DNA of 16,415 nucleotides from a virus (Duplodnaviria; Heunggongvirae; Uroviricota; Caudoviricetes): IMG/VR virus record IMGVR_UViG_2690316243_000005; one strand, 5' to 3'. Shown piece by piece: positions 14,631 to 16,415 of this stretch (position 1 is its first letter; each line of letters starts with the position of its first letter). The notes under the pieces were generated by a model. It saw only the letters and a program-made list of their open reading frames with translations, ran no database searches and was not told where the DNA came from. The position numbers and the translations under genes were made by a program.

Positions 14631-16415
14631 ATGACAGTAAAAATTTCTGGCGTGCTTAAAGATGGCACAGGAAAACCAGTACAGAACTGCACCATTGTGC
14701 TGAAGGCCAGACGAACCAGCAGCACGATGGTGGTGAACACGGTGGCCTCTGAAAATCCGGATGAAGCCGGACGTTACAGCATGGATGTTGAGCATGGTCA
14801 GTACAGCGTCACCCTGCTGGTTGAAGGTTTTCCGCCTTCACATGCCGGGACCATTACCGTCTATGAAGGTTCCAGACCAGGTACGCTGAATGATTTTCTC
14901 GGTGCCATGACGGAGGATGATGTCCGACCGGAGGCACTGCGCCGCTTTGAGCAGATGGTGGAAGAGGTGTCACGTAACGCCTCCGCGGTTGCACAGAATA
15001 CGGCAGCCGCGAAAAAATCAGCCAGCGAGGCGGCAACTCATGCAACCGATGCTGCAGCCTCAGCACGTGCCGCCAGCACGTCAGCCGGACAGGCCGCGTC
15101 GTCGGCTCAGTCAGCGTCTTCCAGCGCAGGAACGGCATCGACAAAGGCCCGTGAAGCAGCAAAAAGTGCTGCTGCAGAGTCATCAAAAAGCGCGGCAGCT
15201 ACCAGCGCCAGTGCCGCGAAAACGTCAGAAACGAATGCCGCAGCATCACAAAAATCGGCAGCCACTTCTGCATCCACAGCGACCACGAAGGCGTCAGAAG
15301 CTGCCACCTCGGCACGGGGTGCGGCGGCCTCAAAAGAGGCAGCGAAATCTTCAGAAACGAATGCATCATCAAGTGCCAGTAGTGCAGCTTCCTCGGCAAC
15401 GGCGGCAGGAAATTCCGCGAAGGCGGCAAAAACGTCCGAGACGAACGCTAAGTCTTCTGAAACAGCAGCGGGACAGAGCGCCTCAGCTGCGGCAGGTTCA
15501 AAAACAGCGGCTGCATTATCTGCCAGTGCCGCGTCAACAAGTGCCGGGCAGGCCTCAGCCAGTGCCACCGCCGCCGGAAAATCGGCAGAAAGCGCCGCAT
15601 CATCCGCTTCAACAGCCACAACGAAGGCTGGCAAAGCCACTGAGCAAGCCACTGCAGCAGCGAGGTCTGCTTCTGCAGCAAAAACCTCTGAAACAAATGC
15701 AAAGACTTCAGCAGACAATGCTGCTTCCTCTAAGGCAGCAGCCGCATCGTCAGCCAGTTCAGCGGCGTCATCGGCATCATCTGCGTCTGCTTCAAAAGAT
15801 GAGGCGACCAGACAAGCGTCAGCAGCGAAAGGTAGTGCCACGACAGCAACAACGAAAGCATCAGAGGCGGCAGGCAGTGCGACGGCTGCATCTCAGAGCA
15901 AAGTTGCTGCTGAATCCGCGGCAACGCGCGCCGAGACAGCAGCAAAACGGGCAGAGGATATTGCATCCGCCGTGGCGCTGGAGGATGCGAGCACGACGAA
16001 AAAGGGGATAGTACAGCTCAGCAGTGCGACCAACAGCACTTCCGAGTCACTGGCGGCAACGCCAAAAGCGGTTAAGGCGGTAATGGGTGAAACGAACAAG
16101 AAAGCGCCCTTAAATAGTCCTGCACTGACCGGAACGCCAACAACACCAACTGCGCGACAGGGAACGAATAATACCCAAATCGCAAGCACGGCTTTCGTTA
16201 TGGCTGCGATTGCCGCCCTTGTAGATTCGTCACCTGATGCACTGAACACGCTGAACGAGCTGGCTGCGGCGCTGGGCAACGACCCGAATTTTGCGACCAC
16301 CATGACTAACGCGCTTGCGGGTAAGCAACCGAAAGATGCCACCCTGACGGCGCTGGCCGGACTTACTACTGCGGCAGGCAAGTTTCCGTATTTTACGGGG
16401 AATGATGTCGCCAGC
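14631..16415 (+). CDS. stf: Side tail fiber protein Stf, 5' partial (runs off the window end)
   Basis: I translated frame 0 from ATG 14631 to the window end (595 codons) and found no stop, so it is missing from the complete-ORF track. MTVKISGVLKDGTGKPVQNCTI..., an Ala/Ser/Thr-rich AAKTSETNA repeat region and ..GIVQLSSATNSTSE..LAATPKAVK match recalled lambda Stf. Confidence 0.85.
   Translation, partial: MTVKISGVLKDGTGKPVQNCTIVLKARRTSSTMVVNTVASENPDEAGRYSMDVEHGQYSVTLLVEGFPPSHAGTITVYEGSRPGTLNDFLGAMTEDDVRPEALRRFEQMVEEVSRNASAVAQNTAAAKKSASEAATHATDAAASARAASTSAGQAASSAQSASSSAGTASTKAREAAKSAAAESSKSAAATSASAAKTSETNAAASQKSAATSASTATTKASEAATSARGAAASKEAAKSSETNASSSASSAASSATAAGNSAKAAKTSETNAKSSETAAGQSASAAAGSKTAAALSASAASTSAGQASASATAAGKSAESAASSASTATTKAGKATEQATAAARSASAAKTSETNAKTSADNAASSKAAAASSASSAASSASSASASKDEATRQASAAKGSATTATTKASEAAGSATAASQSKVAAESAATRAETAAKRAEDIASAVALEDASTTKKGIVQLSSATNSTSESLAATPKAVKAVMGETNKKAPLNSPALTGTPTTPTARQGTNNTQIASTAFVMAAIAALVDSSPDALNTLNELAAALGNDPNFATTMTNALAGKQPKDATLTALAGLTTAAGKFPYFTGNDVAS

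Noticed and set aside
14980-15900. Periodic repeats in stf as a possible CRISPR array
   Set aside because: The repeats are imperfect, in-frame and coding, with no constant-length direct repeats or unique spacers.
14917-16011. 364-aa + ORF (frame 1) and 244-aa minus ORF (15107..15841) within stf
   Set aside because: Extreme Arg/Pro/Gln or Ala/Asp composition from alternative frames of the repeat region; the stf frame (frame 0 from 14631) is the one matching Stf.

Overview
This window is the tail-morphogenesis module of a lambda-like (lambdoid) prophage on the + strand, in lambda gene order: FII' (3' remnant), Z, U, V, G / G-T (programmed -1 frameshift), H (tape measure), M, L, K, I, J, lom, stf. 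Z through I look intact, but the adsorption end looks degenerate and rearranged. Gene identities rest on recalled lambda protein sequences and motifs, not on a database search. Main observations: (1) the window begins inside an IS21-family terminal repeat that truncates FII, and the same 34-nt end recurs inverted at 13419 where a 318-bp IS21 remnant truncates a variant stf copy; (2) J is broken by an in-frame TGA at 8191-8193 and a frame switch near 9864; (3) the J 3' end (receptor-binding region), its terminator and the lom start form a ~935-bp tandem duplication, leaving a promoterless orphan J C-terminal cassette, with a third partial J-end plus lom copy further downstream, so there are two full divergent lom genes and a 15-codon lom stub; (4) a ~340-bp AT-rich insert between I and J, absent from lambda as I recall it, carries a near-consensus sigma70 promoter and an intrinsic terminator on the minus strand, delimiting a candidate ~100-nt small RNA. 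I consider (4) the best candidate for something undescribed, with (3) second. No tRNA, rRNA or CRISPR array was seen.
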